Notes: generated by a model from the letters alone, not told the origin. Shown: positions 33,995 to 44,168, counted from the first letter of the stretch. The stretch: DNA of 58,694 nt from Dehalococcoidia bacterium (GCA_016783155.1 JADHXB010000002.1:1-58694), one strand, 5' to 3'. Made by a program: numbers and translations.

Positions 33995-34677
33995 AGAACT
34001 CCTTTACCGTTCACGACCTGCCTCTTTCTGAGCGGCCTCGGGAGAGACTCTTGAAACTTGGCAGTGAAGCTCTTTCCAGCCAGGAGATTCTAGCCTTGAT
34101 TCTCGGACGAGGAATCAAAGGCGAATCGGTAATTGTCACCGCCCAGAAACTGCTGAGCAGATTCGGAAATCTTAAGAACCTCGCCTCTGCCTCTGTGGAA
34201 GAGCTAACGCAGATAAAAGGCATCGGTCCGGCCAAAGCCGCTCAGATCAAAGCCACCTTTGAATTAAGCAAACGGCTGGAAGACTCCTCCAACGAAGGCC
34301 CAAAAATCACGGTTAAATCTCCAGAAGATGCCATAAAAGCGGCCAAAAGCCTAAAGGGCAAGAGGAAAGAGCACTTCCTGGTGCTCTGCCTGAACACTAG
34401 AAATCATTTGATAAACACTCACAAGGTCTCTATCGGCAGCCTTGATTGCAGCATCGTGCATCCCCGCGAGGTATTCAAAGAGGCCATCTCCTCCACTGCC
34501 GCCTCGGTCATCTTCGTCCACAACCACCCTTCCGGTGATCCTACACCATCAGAAGATGACATCAAGCTAACTAAACGCCTTGTCGAAGCCGGTGAAATCA
34601 TAGGTATCGAAGTCCTCGACCACATAATTGTCTGCGACAGAGACCATTTAAGCATGAAAGCCAAAAATCTATTTTGA
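33991..34677 (+). CDS. radC: RadC-family JAB/MPN domain protein
   Basis: It has an N-terminal HhH region (ELLALILG, GIGPAKAAQIKA) and the JAMM motif HNHPSGDPTPSEDD. Confidence 0.85.
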   Translation: MKNSFTVHDLPLSERPRERLLKLGSEALSSQEILALILGRGIKGESVIVTAQKLLSRFGNLKNLASASVEELTQIKGIGPAKAAQIKATFELSKRLEDSSNEGPKITVKSPEDAIKAAKSLKGKRKEHFLVLCLNTRNHLINTHKVSIGSLDCSIVHPREVFKEAISSTAASVIFVHNHPSGDPTPSEDDIKLTKRLVEAGEIIGIEVLDHIIVCDRDHLSMKAKNLF

Positions 34678-34690
34678 GGTCTAAAAACAA

Positions 34691-36289
34691 ATGAAAAAAG
34701 CCTGGCAATTTACATTACTAGGTGCTCTTATTTGTGCTCTAGTTACCTTGCCTTTCGTCATTAACTGCCCACCGACGGAAATACCCACTCCCTTTCAAGA
34801 AAAGGGAGTTCTCAACCTATGGGATTCCGGCCCCATGACACTTGACCCGGCTATCTCCGGTGAGATGACCTCACATACCTACATCCTGCAAATCTTCAGT
34901 GGCCTGGTCCGCCTCGGTGACGAGGCAAAGCCAGTGCCTGACATCGCCGAAAGCTGGCAAAGAAGCGATGATGGTAAGACCTACACTTTCTATTTACGCA
35001 AAGGAGTAAAGTTCCACGATGGAAAGGAGGTTACTGCCCAGGACTTTAAGTATTCCTGGGAAAGAGCCTGCCATCCTGAAACCGGCTCGCAGACAGCAGC
35101 CACTTATTTAGGTGATATCGTCGGTGTGAAAGATGTACTGAAAGGCAAAGCTACAGAAATCAGCGGCGTTGAAGTCATTGACAATTACACCCTGAAGGTC
35201 ACTATTGACGCTCCTAAGGCTTACTTCCTAGCTAAGATGACCTATCCTACCGCTTTTGTAGTTGATATAGCTAATGTAGAAACAGACAAAAAATGGTGGC
35301 TAAAGCCAAACGGTACCGGCCCCTTCAAGCTTAAAGAATGGAAAGAGGATGAGATGTTAGTGCTGGAGCCAAATGAGCTTTATTATGGTCAGCCCCCCAC
35401 CATCAAAAAAGCCGCCTATCACCTTCTGGCTGGTTTGCCTATGGCAATGTATGAAATGGGTGCGATCGACGTGGCCGAGGTCAACGAATATTACATCGAT
35501 AGGGCGACGGATGAAAACGGCCCTTTCTACAAAGAATTGGCTATATTTCCCGAGCTAAGCCTCTTTTACGTAGGCTTCAATACCCAGAAGCCGCCCTTCG
35601 ATGATGTCAACATCCGCCAAGCTTTTTGCCACGCGGTAAACAAAGAGAAAATTATCAGGCTAATCCTCAAAGGGATGATGACCGAAGCCGATGGCATTCT
35701 GCCGCTGAACATGCCCGGTTATAACGAAAATCTGAATGAGCTTAGCTACGATATAGCTAAGGCAAAAAGCCTTATCACCAGCTCAAAATACGGCAATGCT
35801 GCCAACCTACCACCTATTACGCTTACCACCTCCGGCTGGGGAGGCAATATACCAGAATATTTAGGTGCCATTATCCAAGACTGGCGAGAAAACCTTGGAG
35901 TTGAAGTAACCGTAAGACAGCTTGAGCCAGAGATATTCTCCTATTTCATAAAAGAGGAAGCCGATGAAATGTTTGTTACCGGTTGGATCGCTGACTACCC
36001 TGACCCACAGAACTTCCTGGACGTGCTATTCCACACGGGTGCTGAGTATAACACCGGCAACTACAGCAACTCATATGTAGACACTCTGCTCGACCAGGCA
36101 GGCGTAGAACCGGATCAGACCAAGAGATTTAACCTGTACCAGCAAGCCGAGCAGATACTGGTGGATGAAGCCGCTTGCTTGCCTCTGTGGTTCGGCAAGA
36201 CCTATCTCCTGGTTAAACCTTATGTCAAGAACTATAAGCTAGATGTCCAGGGCATCCCCACTTTAAGCGAAGTCTACCTGGAAGAATAG
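34691..36289 (+). CDS. ABC transporter substrate-binding protein, family 5 (peptide/nickel type), orphan
   Basis: 532 aa with a signal or anchor helix. Typical SBP_bac_5 segments are present (FKLKEWKEDE..., WIADYPDPQNFLD). There are no adjacent permease or ATPase genes. Confidence 0.8.
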   Translation: MKKAWQFTLLGALICALVTLPFVINCPPTEIPTPFQEKGVLNLWDSGPMTLDPAISGEMTSHTYILQIFSGLVRLGDEAKPVPDIAESWQRSDDGKTYTFYLRKGVKFHDGKEVTAQDFKYSWERACHPETGSQTAATYLGDIVGVKDVLKGKATEISGVEVIDNYTLKVTIDAPKAYFLAKMTYPTAFVVDIANVETDKKWWLKPNGTGPFKLKEWKEDEMLVLEPNELYYGQPPTIKKAAYHLLAGLPMAMYEMGAIDVAEVNEYYIDRATDENGPFYKELAIFPELSLFYVGFNTQKPPFDDVNIRQAFCHAVNKEKIIRLILKGMMTEADGILPLNMPGYNENLNELSYDIAKAKSLITSSKYGNAANLPPITLTTSGWGGNIPEYLGAIIQDWRENLGVEVTVRQLEPEIFSYFIKEEADEMFVTGWIADYPDPQNFLDVLFHTGAEYNTGNYSNSYVDTLLDQAGVEPDQTKRFNLYQQAEQILVDEAACLPLWFGKTYLLVKPYVKNYKLDVQGIPTLSEVYLEE

Positions 36290-36323
36290 CCAGACTAAGA
36301 GATCCATAAATCCTATAAGCTAT

Positions 36324-37232
36324 CTACTTGGTCTGGCAGGCAGAGGGATTCGCGGAGCAATACTCGCATTTGCCGTCACAGGGCTCAACATGAATGGTAA
36401 CATTGGTTCGGGGCAATCTCGCCTGTATATCGTGCTCTAACAAATCACATACCCGATGCGTCTGCTCCAGACTGATATTCTTGGCCATTACCAGATGGAG
36501 ATCGATATAGCGCTGGTTTCCAGAGCGGCGGGTGCGCAACTCATGGAAACCAACTATCTGGTTGCCTTGCTCGGCCAAGCAAGATTTTATCACCGTCTGC
36601 TCCGTATGAGGAAGGCTGGCATCCACCAGCCCGAGAAGCGGTTTGTTTATGGCATCATAGGCTATCTTTGCAATGTAAATGGCAATCCCTATAGCAATTA
36701 CCGGGTCAAGAATATTGAGACCCGTGAAACGCACCACCAGCAGTCCAACCAGCACCGCTGCAGTCGAGTATATATCAGCAGTTATATTGCGGGCGTTAGC
36801 CTCCAGTACCACCGAGCCAGTAGCTCGGGAAACCTTTAGCAGGTGGCGCGAAAGCAGAATACTGGCAATCATAGAAACTGCCATCGCTACCATACCTGCT
36901 TCGGCCAGTTCAACAGGAGTCCTGTTTATTATGCGCCAAACTGACGAACAGACTATCAGTACGGCAGCAATAAAGATAAGTATCCCCTGCACCACACCGG
37001 CCATATCTTCCACCTTACCGTGTCCGAAGGGATGCTCCTCATCGGCCGGCTTAGTGGCAACGCGAACAGCAAAAAATGTGACCAGTCCAGCAAAGAGGTC
37101 AAGGAAGCTATCCGCCGACTGGGCAAACACACTAATGCTGCCGCTAATCCAGCCAGCGACAACCTTGAGCAGTATCAGGCTGACAACAACCCCGATTAAG
37201 AGATTAGCAGCGCCTTTTTCAGTTGAAAACAT
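36324..37232 (-). CDS. Cation diffusion facilitator (CDF) family metal efflux transporter
   Basis: It has six TM helices, SADSFLD and HPFGHGK motifs, a cytoplasmic C-terminal domain and a Cys-rich tail (CDGKCEYCSANPSACQ). Confidence 0.85.
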   Translation of the reverse strand: MFSTEKGAANLLIGVVVSLILLKVVAGWISGSISVFAQSADSFLDLFAGLVTFFAVRVATKPADEEHPFGHGKVEDMAGVVQGILIFIAAVLIVCSSVWRIINRTPVELAEAGMVAMAVSMIASILLSRHLLKVSRATGSVVLEANARNITADIYSTAAVLVGLLVVRFTGLNILDPVIAIGIAIYIAKIAYDAINKPLLGLVDASLPHTEQTVIKSCLAEQGNQIVGFHELRTRRSGNQRYIDLHLVMAKNISLEQTHRVCDLLEHDIQARLPRTNVTIHVEPCDGKCEYCSANPSACQTK

Positions 37233-37362
37233 CAGGCAACTTTTCCTTGCAATAGTTCGCTTTTCGGGCTACGAGTTTAACACTTATGCCCCGGTAAAAC
37301 AAATTCGAAATAATAGGCCGCTCACAATCAGTAAACTGTCACTATGAGCCTTTCACCTTATT

Positions 37363-37389
37363 GTCATCCTGATCGAAGCGAAGGATCTC
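37363..37389. repeat. Half-copy of palindromic repeat family A (GTCATYCTGAG...GCGAAG...ATC)
   Basis: gtcatcctgatcgaagcgaaggatctc. The same arm recurs at 41074, 43989, 46851, 47435, 52838, 57419 and 58609. Confidence 0.7.
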
Positions 37390-37425
37390 GACCGGAAAAT
37401 CTCGTTCATGATGTAACCCCATTCG

Positions 37426-37505
37426 TTAGGTGTCACCTGCCCTCAGGTGACCCACCATGCAATACAAACCACGACGGTCACCCGTAGGCGGGTGACACGT
37501 AGGTA
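37426..37505. repeat. 80-bp repeat family C, copy 1
   Basis: ttaggtgtcacctgccctcaggtgaccc...ggtcacccgtaggcgggtgacacgtaggta. It is nearly identical to 46694..46773 and contains two internal palindromes. Confidence 0.85.
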
Positions 37506-37535
37506 CAAAACAAATCCTGAATGAGAGTGCTCGTT

Positions 37536-37602
37536 TGTCATTGCGAGGGGCATTAAGCCCCGAAGCAATCTCAGAGATTGCCACGCTTCGCTCGCAATGA
37601 CA
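37536..37602. repeat. Palindromic repeat family B (TGTCATTGCGAG...GCAATCTC / GAGATTGCC...CTCGCAATGACA)
   Basis: The two arms are inverted copies of each other. The family recurs at 46776-47010, 53018-53130 and 56411-56530. Confidence 0.8.
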
Positions 37603-37706
37603 AAAGGTACAGTATATATTGCTCACCTGAGCCAGCTTTGATATTATATGGGTATTCTTCCCTGACGGATGTCCTGCTGAACAGCTAATTAAGAGACAGA
37701 GCCATA

Positions 37707-38744
37707 ATGATAGTTGGCCTGATTTACGACCCAGTTTATCTCGAGCATGATACTGGCACCCATGTCGAAAACGCCCAGAGACTGGTAGACACAATATCCC
37801 ACCTCGAGGAGAACCACCTGAAAGACAAGCTTTCTTTACTATCACCACGCGCCGCCACAATTGACGAATTAGCGACAGTGCATGCCCCCGAATACATCTC
37901 CCGAATCCAAAGTCAAGCGGAAAGAGGCGGCGGCTGGCTTGACCCTGATACCGTAACATCGCCTGGCTCATACAATGCGGCTATCTATGCTGCCGGTGGC
38001 GCTTTGACAGCAGTTGACGCAGTGATGAACAGGCAGGTTAACAGCGCCTTCGCTTTAGTCAGACCACCGGGACACCACGCCACATGCTGGCAGGCAATGG
38101 GCTTCTGTATATTCAATAATATTGCCATAGCCGCCAAGTATGCCCTGGCCAACTTCGATATCAAGCGAATCCTCATCATCGATTTCGATGTCCACCACGG
38201 CAACGGCACACAGGACACCTTCTATGCCGATCCCCATGTCCTCTACTTCTCTGTCCACGAATATCCCTTCTACCCGGGAACCGGAAGTATCGATGAGACC
38301 GGAGCCAGGGATGGCGAAGGATTTAACGTTAATGTGCCGCTGCTGGCTGGTTGGGGAGATGACGAATATCAGGCAGTCTTCGAAGACATCCTGGCACCGG
38401 TAGCCGAGCGTTTCGAGCCACAACTAATCCTGGTCTCCGCCGGCTATGACGCCCACTGGGCTGACAGCCTGGCCATGATGCAGATGAGTGTCTCCGGCTT
38501 CGCCCGCCTGGCAGAAATCACAAAGACTCTGGCTGATATGTTATGTCAAGGACGTATGGTCTTTACTCTGGAAGGCGGCTACAACCTTGAGGCGCTATCT
38601 CTATCTATAGCCGCCACTCTTGACATGCTTAGGGGAAACCGTCAAATCTCTGACCCTCTGGGCAAACAAGAGGCGAACTCAAGCCCGGTCAACTTTGATA
38701 ACTTCATAAAAATGGCGAGGAAAATCCACCAGATAGAGTCTTGA
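37707..38744 (+). CDS. Histone deacetylase-family (AcuC/AphA-like) deacetylase
   Basis: It has RPPGHHA, DFDVHHGNGTQ and EGGY motifs. Confidence 0.85.
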   Translation: MIVGLIYDPVYLEHDTGTHVENAQRLVDTISHLEENHLKDKLSLLSPRAATIDELATVHAPEYISRIQSQAERGGGWLDPDTVTSPGSYNAAIYAAGGALTAVDAVMNRQVNSAFALVRPPGHHATCWQAMGFCIFNNIAIAAKYALANFDIKRILIIDFDVHHGNGTQDTFYADPHVLYFSVHEYPFYPGTGSIDETGARDGEGFNVNVPLLAGWGDDEYQAVFEDILAPVAERFEPQLILVSAGYDAHWADSLAMMQMSVSGFARLAEITKTLADMLCQGRMVFTLEGGYNLEALSLSIAATLDMLRGNRQISDPLGKQEANSSPVNFDNFIKMARKIHQIES

Positions 38745-38794
38745 TATAGCGTTTGAGACAATTCGACGAGGCTGAAGCCTCGCAGCGATTCCAC

Positions 38795-39703
38795 TTAGGC
38801 GGTACTTGTAGCTGCCTTTTGCCGAGAAGTAAAGCCTTTTTCCCAAACTACCAAAAGCTGCCCGGCAATGCACAGAGAACAATAGATCCCAGTAGCAATG
38901 CCGATGAGAAGCGCCAACACCAAACTATGCGTAGTCACTCCACCGAGCAGATAGAGCGCTACTATAACGAATAGAGTAGCTAGCCCTGTATTTAGAGAGC
39001 GCCCCAGGGACTCGACGATACCGTAATTTACTATCACTTCAAAGTCGCGGCTCACCCCTCGCTTCAAGTTCTCTCTAATACGGTCAAAGACAACCACGAT
39101 GTTATTCACACTTATGCCGACAACCGCTAACACGCCGGTAACAAACAAGGCATCAATCTCCACACCAGCCACCCAACCCAGAATGGAGAACACGGCAATA
39201 ACTATCACCAAGTCGTGTACCAGGGCAATAATGGCACAGGTACCCCAACGGATGGGCTTGGGCATCTTGCGGAATGCCCAAGAGATATATAGCAAAATGC
39301 CTATTGAAGCCACCACGACAGCGATAATAGTGTTACGCACCGTTCCCTTGGCTACCATCGGCGAAACGCTGTAAAGGCTGCTGGTTGTAATCGTAGTATC
39401 TAGCCCCGTCTCCAGACTTTCTTTTAGCTTTGTGGTTTCCTCGGCAGATATCTCAGGGAGACGAACAAAGAAATCACCTCCGCCAGCAGGCTGAACCACA
39501 GCCTCATCATAACCCAGTTCAGTTAACTCCTGACGCAGTTGGCTTAGCTCTACTTCCTTATCGAAAGTCAAGGTCATGGCGGTGCCACTGCTGAAATCAA
39601 CCCCTGGCTTAAGTCCGAAAACAGCCAGCGATATTATGCCTAGGATGATTACAATAGCCGAGATGAGAAAAAACCAGTTTCTTTTACCAACCAAATCAAT
39701 CAT
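38795..39703 (-). CDS. secF: Protein translocase subunit SecF
   Basis: 302 aa. The GVDFSSGT periplasmic domain is followed by the 6-TM SecDF C-domain, and the gene overlaps secD. Confidence 0.9.
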   Translation of the reverse strand: MIDLVGKRNWFFLISAIVIILGIISLAVFGLKPGVDFSSGTAMTLTFDKEVELSQLRQELTELGYDEAVVQPAGGGDFFVRLPEISAEETTKLKESLETGLDTTITTSSLYSVSPMVAKGTVRNTIIAVVVASIGILLYISWAFRKMPKPIRWGTCAIIALVHDLVIVIAVFSILGWVAGVEIDALFVTGVLAVVGISVNNIVVVFDRIRENLKRGVSRDFEVIVNYGIVESLGRSLNTGLATLFVIVALYLLGGVTTHSLVLALLIGIATGIYCSLCIAGQLLVVWEKGFTSRQKAATSTA

Positions 39704-41034
39704 TGCCTCAATACTCCATAAGCAGCCGGGCTTTTTGCCACGCCAAGCCCTACAAATGTACGCATAAAAGTTCTAGTAACAACAACCTGTGTAAACATAC
39801 TCAAAGCCGTGCCGATGAACAGAGTGGTGGCAAAACCTACGACCAAAAAATTGCCGAATGTATTTCCGAGCCAGTAAAGGACGGCACAGACGATGAAGAC
39901 GGTTACATTAGCATCAAAAATAGCTGACCATGATTGGCGGAAGCTCTCCTCTATCGCTGCCCCAAGCGTACGCCCACGTCTCAATTCCTCTTTCAAACGC
40001 TCAGCCACAAGAACATTACCATCTACTCCCATACCTATGGATACAATAAAGCCAGCAATACCCGGGAGCGTCAAAACAACGGGGAGCAGCTTAAAAATAG
40101 CCAGGTTCAATGCCACGAAAACCACCAGCGCCAGGCAGGTCACAAAACCGGAGAAGCGGTAATAGGCAATCATAAACAGAACCACCATGGCTGCCCCGAT
40201 TATCCCTGCCATCAGGCTTTTCCTCAGAGAATCCTCCCCCAAGGTGGCACCGATATCTCTGCGTTCAACTACAGTCAGGGGTACATCCAAAGAGCCCGAG
40301 TTAAGCTGTATAGCTAGCGTCCTGGCTTCGTCTAGATTCAGACCGGTAATAACCCCTCTCTCCTTAATCACGGCTTGTACCGTTGGCGCCGAGATAAGCT
40401 GGTCGTCCAAGAATATACCCAGAGGCTTCTGCAAGTTGCGCTGGGTAATCTGCTCAAAAAGGATGGCGCCTTCAGAATTCCACTCGAAAGCCACCTCGGG
40501 CTCATTTGTCTGCGGCGTTAAATCTACCTGGGCATTCGGCTTCAGATACTTGCCGGTAAGCTCCCTTTCCTGCTCGTCGCTGCCACGGGCTGTAGCCTTG
40601 ACCCACTGCTCTCTGCCTTCCTCATCAAGCACCGGCTTGCCGTCCACATCAAGCACAATCTCTCTGAAATCAAGCTCAGCCGTCTGGCCGATAAGCTTCA
40701 TCGCCTCGTCAATATCCTTGACTCCGGGAAGCTGGACAAGAACGAAGCTACCTCGTTCGTTCCGAATCGTCTGGACTATAGGCTCGGTCACACCATAGGC
40801 ATTAACTCGACGTTCAATTTTGCTTTTCACACCCTCGATAACATCAGCATCTGTCTGTGCCGGGTCTTTCTTGCTTAAGTCGATGCTGTAAATTAAATGA
40901 CTGCCTCCCTTAAGGTCAAGTCCTAATTTAAACTCATCTCTGCCAAATATTCCGCTACCTGGCAATATCACCCACAGGCAGAAGCCAAATAGAATCAGTA
41001 TGAAAATGAGTAGAGGGGTATTTCCTCTTTTCAA
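39700..41034 (-). CDS. secD: Protein translocase subunit SecD
   Basis: 444 aa with LGLDLKGG, a P1 domain and a C-terminal 6-TM domain. Confidence 0.9.
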   Translation of the reverse strand: MKRGNTPLLIFILILFGFCLWVILPGSGIFGRDEFKLGLDLKGGSHLIYSIDLSKKDPAQTDADVIEGVKSKIERRVNAYGVTEPIVQTIRNERGSFVLVQLPGVKDIDEAMKLIGQTAELDFREIVLDVDGKPVLDEEGREQWVKATARGSDEQERELTGKYLKPNAQVDLTPQTNEPEVAFEWNSEGAILFEQITQRNLQKPLGIFLDDQLISAPTVQAVIKERGVITGLNLDEARTLAIQLNSGSLDVPLTVVERRDIGATLGEDSLRKSLMAGIIGAAMVVLFMIAYYRFSGFVTCLALVVFVALNLAIFKLLPVVLTLPGIAGFIVSIGMGVDGNVLVAERLKEELRRGRTLGAAIEESFRQSWSAIFDANVTVFIVCAVLYWLGNTFGNFLVVGFATTLFIGTALSMFTQVVVTRTFMRTFVGLGVAKSPAAYGVLRQ

Positions 41035-41073
41035 CTAACCACCTGTTCCTAATAGCATTAATTGTCTCCAATT

Positions 41074-41097
41074 GTCACTCTGAGCGAAGCGAAGAGC
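41074..41097. repeat. Half-copy of repeat family A
   Basis: gtcactctgagcgaagcgaagagc, between secD and cca. Confidence 0.6.
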
Positions 41098-41126
41098 GCA
41101 GAATAACAAAAATCGTTAGTGAGCCA

Positions 41127-42608
41127 TTAACAGGCCATGCCGCACTGTCGTTTCCCCAATTCCTTGCGCACCAGGGCTATGGCTTCCTCCCGTGTGCTCA
41201 ATTCACCAGCCACTTGAGCCTCACGTACCTCGGTCAGAAGCTCACCAATCAGACGCCCTGGACTCAAGCCAAAGATATCCATTAAATCATGCCCATCGAT
41301 TAGCCTGACCGGCAAAATCTCAGCCTCCTGCTTCACATGCTCAGCCAATATATAGCCAATCAACTGATTATGCTGCTGCCATTCCTCAATGTCAAGCCGA
41401 GGTCCATGAGTAGCCAGATAATCAGCCAGGGCTACAAACAAAACGTCGATACCAGCATCCTCAGTATCACGAAAATACCGATAAACAGCCCGACTTGTAG
41501 GCAAACCTTCGTTAGACATCTGGGCGGGGCGGAGGTGGTGATAAACCAGATTCTCCACCAATCTTATCTCCCGACTGCTGAACCGCAGCCTCTCCAAAAC
41601 TCCGACTGCCATAGCTGCCCCCTGCTTGGCATGTCCTAAAAAACGTGTTCTGCCTGTTTCATCGACTGTCCTGGTAGCTGGTTTGGCAATATCATGCAAT
41701 AATGCCCCCAGCTTAAGCATCAGCCTTCGATTGCTGCCGCTGGACACCTCCTCATCAAAATGCCGACTTATCTCCTCCGACCACGGGGTCACCTTCAACA
41801 AATCCTCTTTACCATATTTCCACAAGCTCTCCCGGAGCAAAAACTCGGCAGCAGCCATCGCCTCCACTGAATGGTCAAAAACGTCCCAATAATGCTCTTT
41901 CGGCTGCTCCGCCCCCTTAAGCTCTTTGAGCTCAGGGACTATCTCGGTGAGCAAGCCTAACTCATCCAGATAGCGCACCATTTCACCGGAGCCGGGCAAA
42001 GCCAGTATCCTCACCATCTCCTCTCGCAGTCGCTCGCCAGAAACCAGCTTAGCCTTTCGACAGTCTCTTCGAATTAAACTTTCGGTTCCAGGCTCAATCC
42101 TGAAACCAAGCTCACCAGCCAGCCTGACACCCCGAAGCAGCCTTGCCCCATCCTCCACGAAAATCCTCTGGTTCACCGCCCGCACCAGCCTCTCCTTCAA
42201 GTCGCTTTCTCCAGAGAAAGGGTCAATAAGCTGTGCAGACCCCGAAATGACGCCTTGAAGCTCCACCGCCATGGCATCAATGGTGAAATCTCGCCGTGCC
42301 AGGTCACTTTGGATACCGTCTGAGAAAGAAGAGAAGTCCAAGTGCCACATCTGTTCATCCGCAACAACCACCCTGGCCACCCTATTGGCTTCATCCAGCA
42401 AAACATACCTGCCGTCAACAGCTTCTGCTACATCCTGAGCTATACTCAAGGCGTCGCCACATACGGCAATGTCAACATCTGCTGTCTGCCTGTCCAGCAA
42501 CCAGTCGCGGACAAAGCCGCCGACTACATAAGCTGGGCAGTTTTGCTGGGTGAGAATAGCGGATACCTTGGTCAGAAAACCGAGCAGGTCTTGATTGATG
42601 TCGGACAT
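41127..42608 (-). CDS. cca: CCA-adding tRNA nucleotidyltransferase with C-terminal HD domain
   Basis: It has the PolyA_pol head (VVGGFVRDWLL..DVDIA), RDFTIDA and the HD region LLHDIAKP. Confidence 0.85.
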   Translation of the reverse strand: MSDINQDLLGFLTKVSAILTQQNCPAYVVGGFVRDWLLDRQTADVDIAVCGDALSIAQDVAEAVDGRYVLLDEANRVARVVVADEQMWHLDFSSFSDGIQSDLARRDFTIDAMAVELQGVISGSAQLIDPFSGESDLKERLVRAVNQRIFVEDGARLLRGVRLAGELGFRIEPGTESLIRRDCRKAKLVSGERLREEMVRILALPGSGEMVRYLDELGLLTEIVPELKELKGAEQPKEHYWDVFDHSVEAMAAAEFLLRESLWKYGKEDLLKVTPWSEEISRHFDEEVSSGSNRRLMLKLGALLHDIAKPATRTVDETGRTRFLGHAKQGAAMAVGVLERLRFSSREIRLVENLVYHHLRPAQMSNEGLPTSRAVYRYFRDTEDAGIDVLFVALADYLATHGPRLDIEEWQQHNQLIGYILAEHVKQEAEILPVRLIDGHDLMDIFGLSPGRLIGELLTEVREAQVAGELSTREEAIALVRKELGKRQCGMAC

Positions 42609-42647
42609 TGCCCCAGATTATACTCTGGGGCAATGAAATTGTAAAGG

Positions 42648-43676
42648 CTATTTTGAGGTTAATGCCTTGTTTACTGCATGAAAAGCGTTGATACGTCCTT
42701 TAACTGCACTGGTGTCAACCGCATCACAGCTACCCTCAATGGCTGCTCTCACCTCATCACTGATAAAACCCTTACTATTCTTATCACTTCTCAGGGCGAA
42801 AAGAAGACCAGCCAACCCAGACACATGAGCTGCAGCCATTGAAGTGCCACTTTTACTGCCATATCGATCACCAGGCAATGTGGAATAGATGTCCACACCG
42901 GGAGCGGCTAAATCTACCCAATCACCCCAGCTCGACCACGAGGCCAAACAATCATTACTGTCAGTAGCTGCCACAGCAAGACAACTGGAGTAATAAGCTG
43001 GATAGGCTATCTTTGTACCTATACAGTTACCGGATGCAGCTATCACAACAACTCCTTTGCTCCAGGCATAGTTAATTGCTTCTTCCAGGTCCCGTGATGG
43101 TTCAGTGCTGAACAGACTCATATTTATAACCTTAGCACCATGCTCCACCGCCCACCTAACACCTTTAGCCGCTACGGAACCATAAAATATACCGTAATCA
43201 TCAGCCACTTTGACATTCATCAAACGACAGTCACACGCCACGCCGGCAATACCTGCACCATTATTTGCCGCAGCGGCAATAATGCCGGCAACATGCGTAC
43301 CATGCCCATATATGTCATCAGCGGTCGGGCTATCAGTGAAATTGACTTCAGCTATCACCTTGCCGACCAGGTCCTCATGCTCACTATCGATCCCAGTGTC
43401 TAAGACAGCGATAACAACGCTTGCCTCTCCCGATGTAACTTCCCATGCCTGAGGCACCATAGTCTTCGGAATAGCCCATTGCCTGCCAGAATAATCATCA
43501 TTAGAAGCTACCGCAAACGATTCATAGCTGGCAGGCTCGGGCTCGGAAGTGATGACAGCCACAGAGCCTCGCTCAGCCTCAGGGCTGCCTGGGAAAGTTT
43601 GAAAGGACAGGAAACTTGCCGCTAAACAGAAGAGGAGGAAAAAAACTGGGAACCATTTAAACTTCGTTCTAGTCAT
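42648..43676 (-). CDS. Secreted subtilisin-like (S8) serine protease
   Basis: It has a signal peptide and the catalytic triad motifs AVLDTGID, HGTHVAGI and SGTSMAAAHVSG. Confidence 0.85.
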   Translation of the reverse strand: MTRTKFKWFPVFFLLFCLAASFLSFQTFPGSPEAERGSVAVITSEPEPASYESFAVASNDDYSGRQWAIPKTMVPQAWEVTSGEASVVIAVLDTGIDSEHEDLVGKVIAEVNFTDSPTADDIYGHGTHVAGIIAAAANNGAGIAGVACDCRLMNVKVADDYGIFYGSVAAKGVRWAVEHGAKVINMSLFSTEPSRDLEEAINYAWSKGVVVIAASGNCIGTKIAYPAYYSSCLAVAATDSNDCLASWSSWGDWVDLAAPGVDIYSTLPGDRYGSKSGTSMAAAHVSGLAGLLFALRSDKNSKGFISDEVRAAIEGSCDAVDTSAVKGRINAFHAVNKALTSK

Positions 43677-43807
43677 ACCAGAGCTAGTTTACATGGCCCA
43701 GCCCGTTTGCGAATCACCTGTAGGTAACGTTCTCATGTAGCATTTAGTCGCCTTTCAAACCAGTATTAGAGTCCTATAACAGCCTTCAAGGAGATGTACA
43801 CGTTAAT

Positions 43808-43888
43808 GGCACATCTATTCAGGCTTTTCTTTGGAGGAGAGAGCTATCCTGAATAGATGTGCCCACGAGGCTTTAGTCTCGTGGGCAC
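43808..43888. repeat. Two adjacent long hairpins
   Basis: ggcacatctattcagg and cctgaatagatgtgcc are 16-bp arms with a 24-nt spacer. They overlap gtgcccacgag-gctttagt-ctcgtgggcac, which has 11-bp arms. Confidence 0.7.
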
Positions 43889-43939
43889 GACCTTAATGGG
43901 CATTGACAAAATATGTTTACACTACATACTCTTGGTAGA

Positions 43940-44016
43940 GATTCTTCGACTCCGCTTGCGCTACGCTCAGAATGACAGTTTCGTCATTGTCACCCTGAGC
44001 GATAGCGAAGGGTCTC
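43940..44016. repeat. Repeat family A arms
   Basis: gattcttcgactccgcttgcgctacgctcagaatgac is followed by gtcaccctgagcgatagcgaagggtctc. Confidence 0.65.
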
Positions 44017-44168
44017 AAGATAGCCTATATATGAACAACGCACACTGTTAACTTAAATAGGACATGACCATAAGGGTCGTGGCTTAAATGGGGGGAATCA
44101 ATCTGCGTGGTACGGACTTATTCGCTGCCGTGTTCAGGAAATGCTTACTCGTCCAGCCTTTCAGCTAG

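Noticed and set aside
37426-37971. A 181-aa minus-strand ORF. The ORFs 43857..44051(+), 47054..47239(-) and 47145..47573(-) are similar cases.
   Set aside because: Their sequences are built from the palindromic repeat families or the tandem repeat, and they overlap the HDAC-like gene or the leader RNA. They are translation artefacts of repeats.
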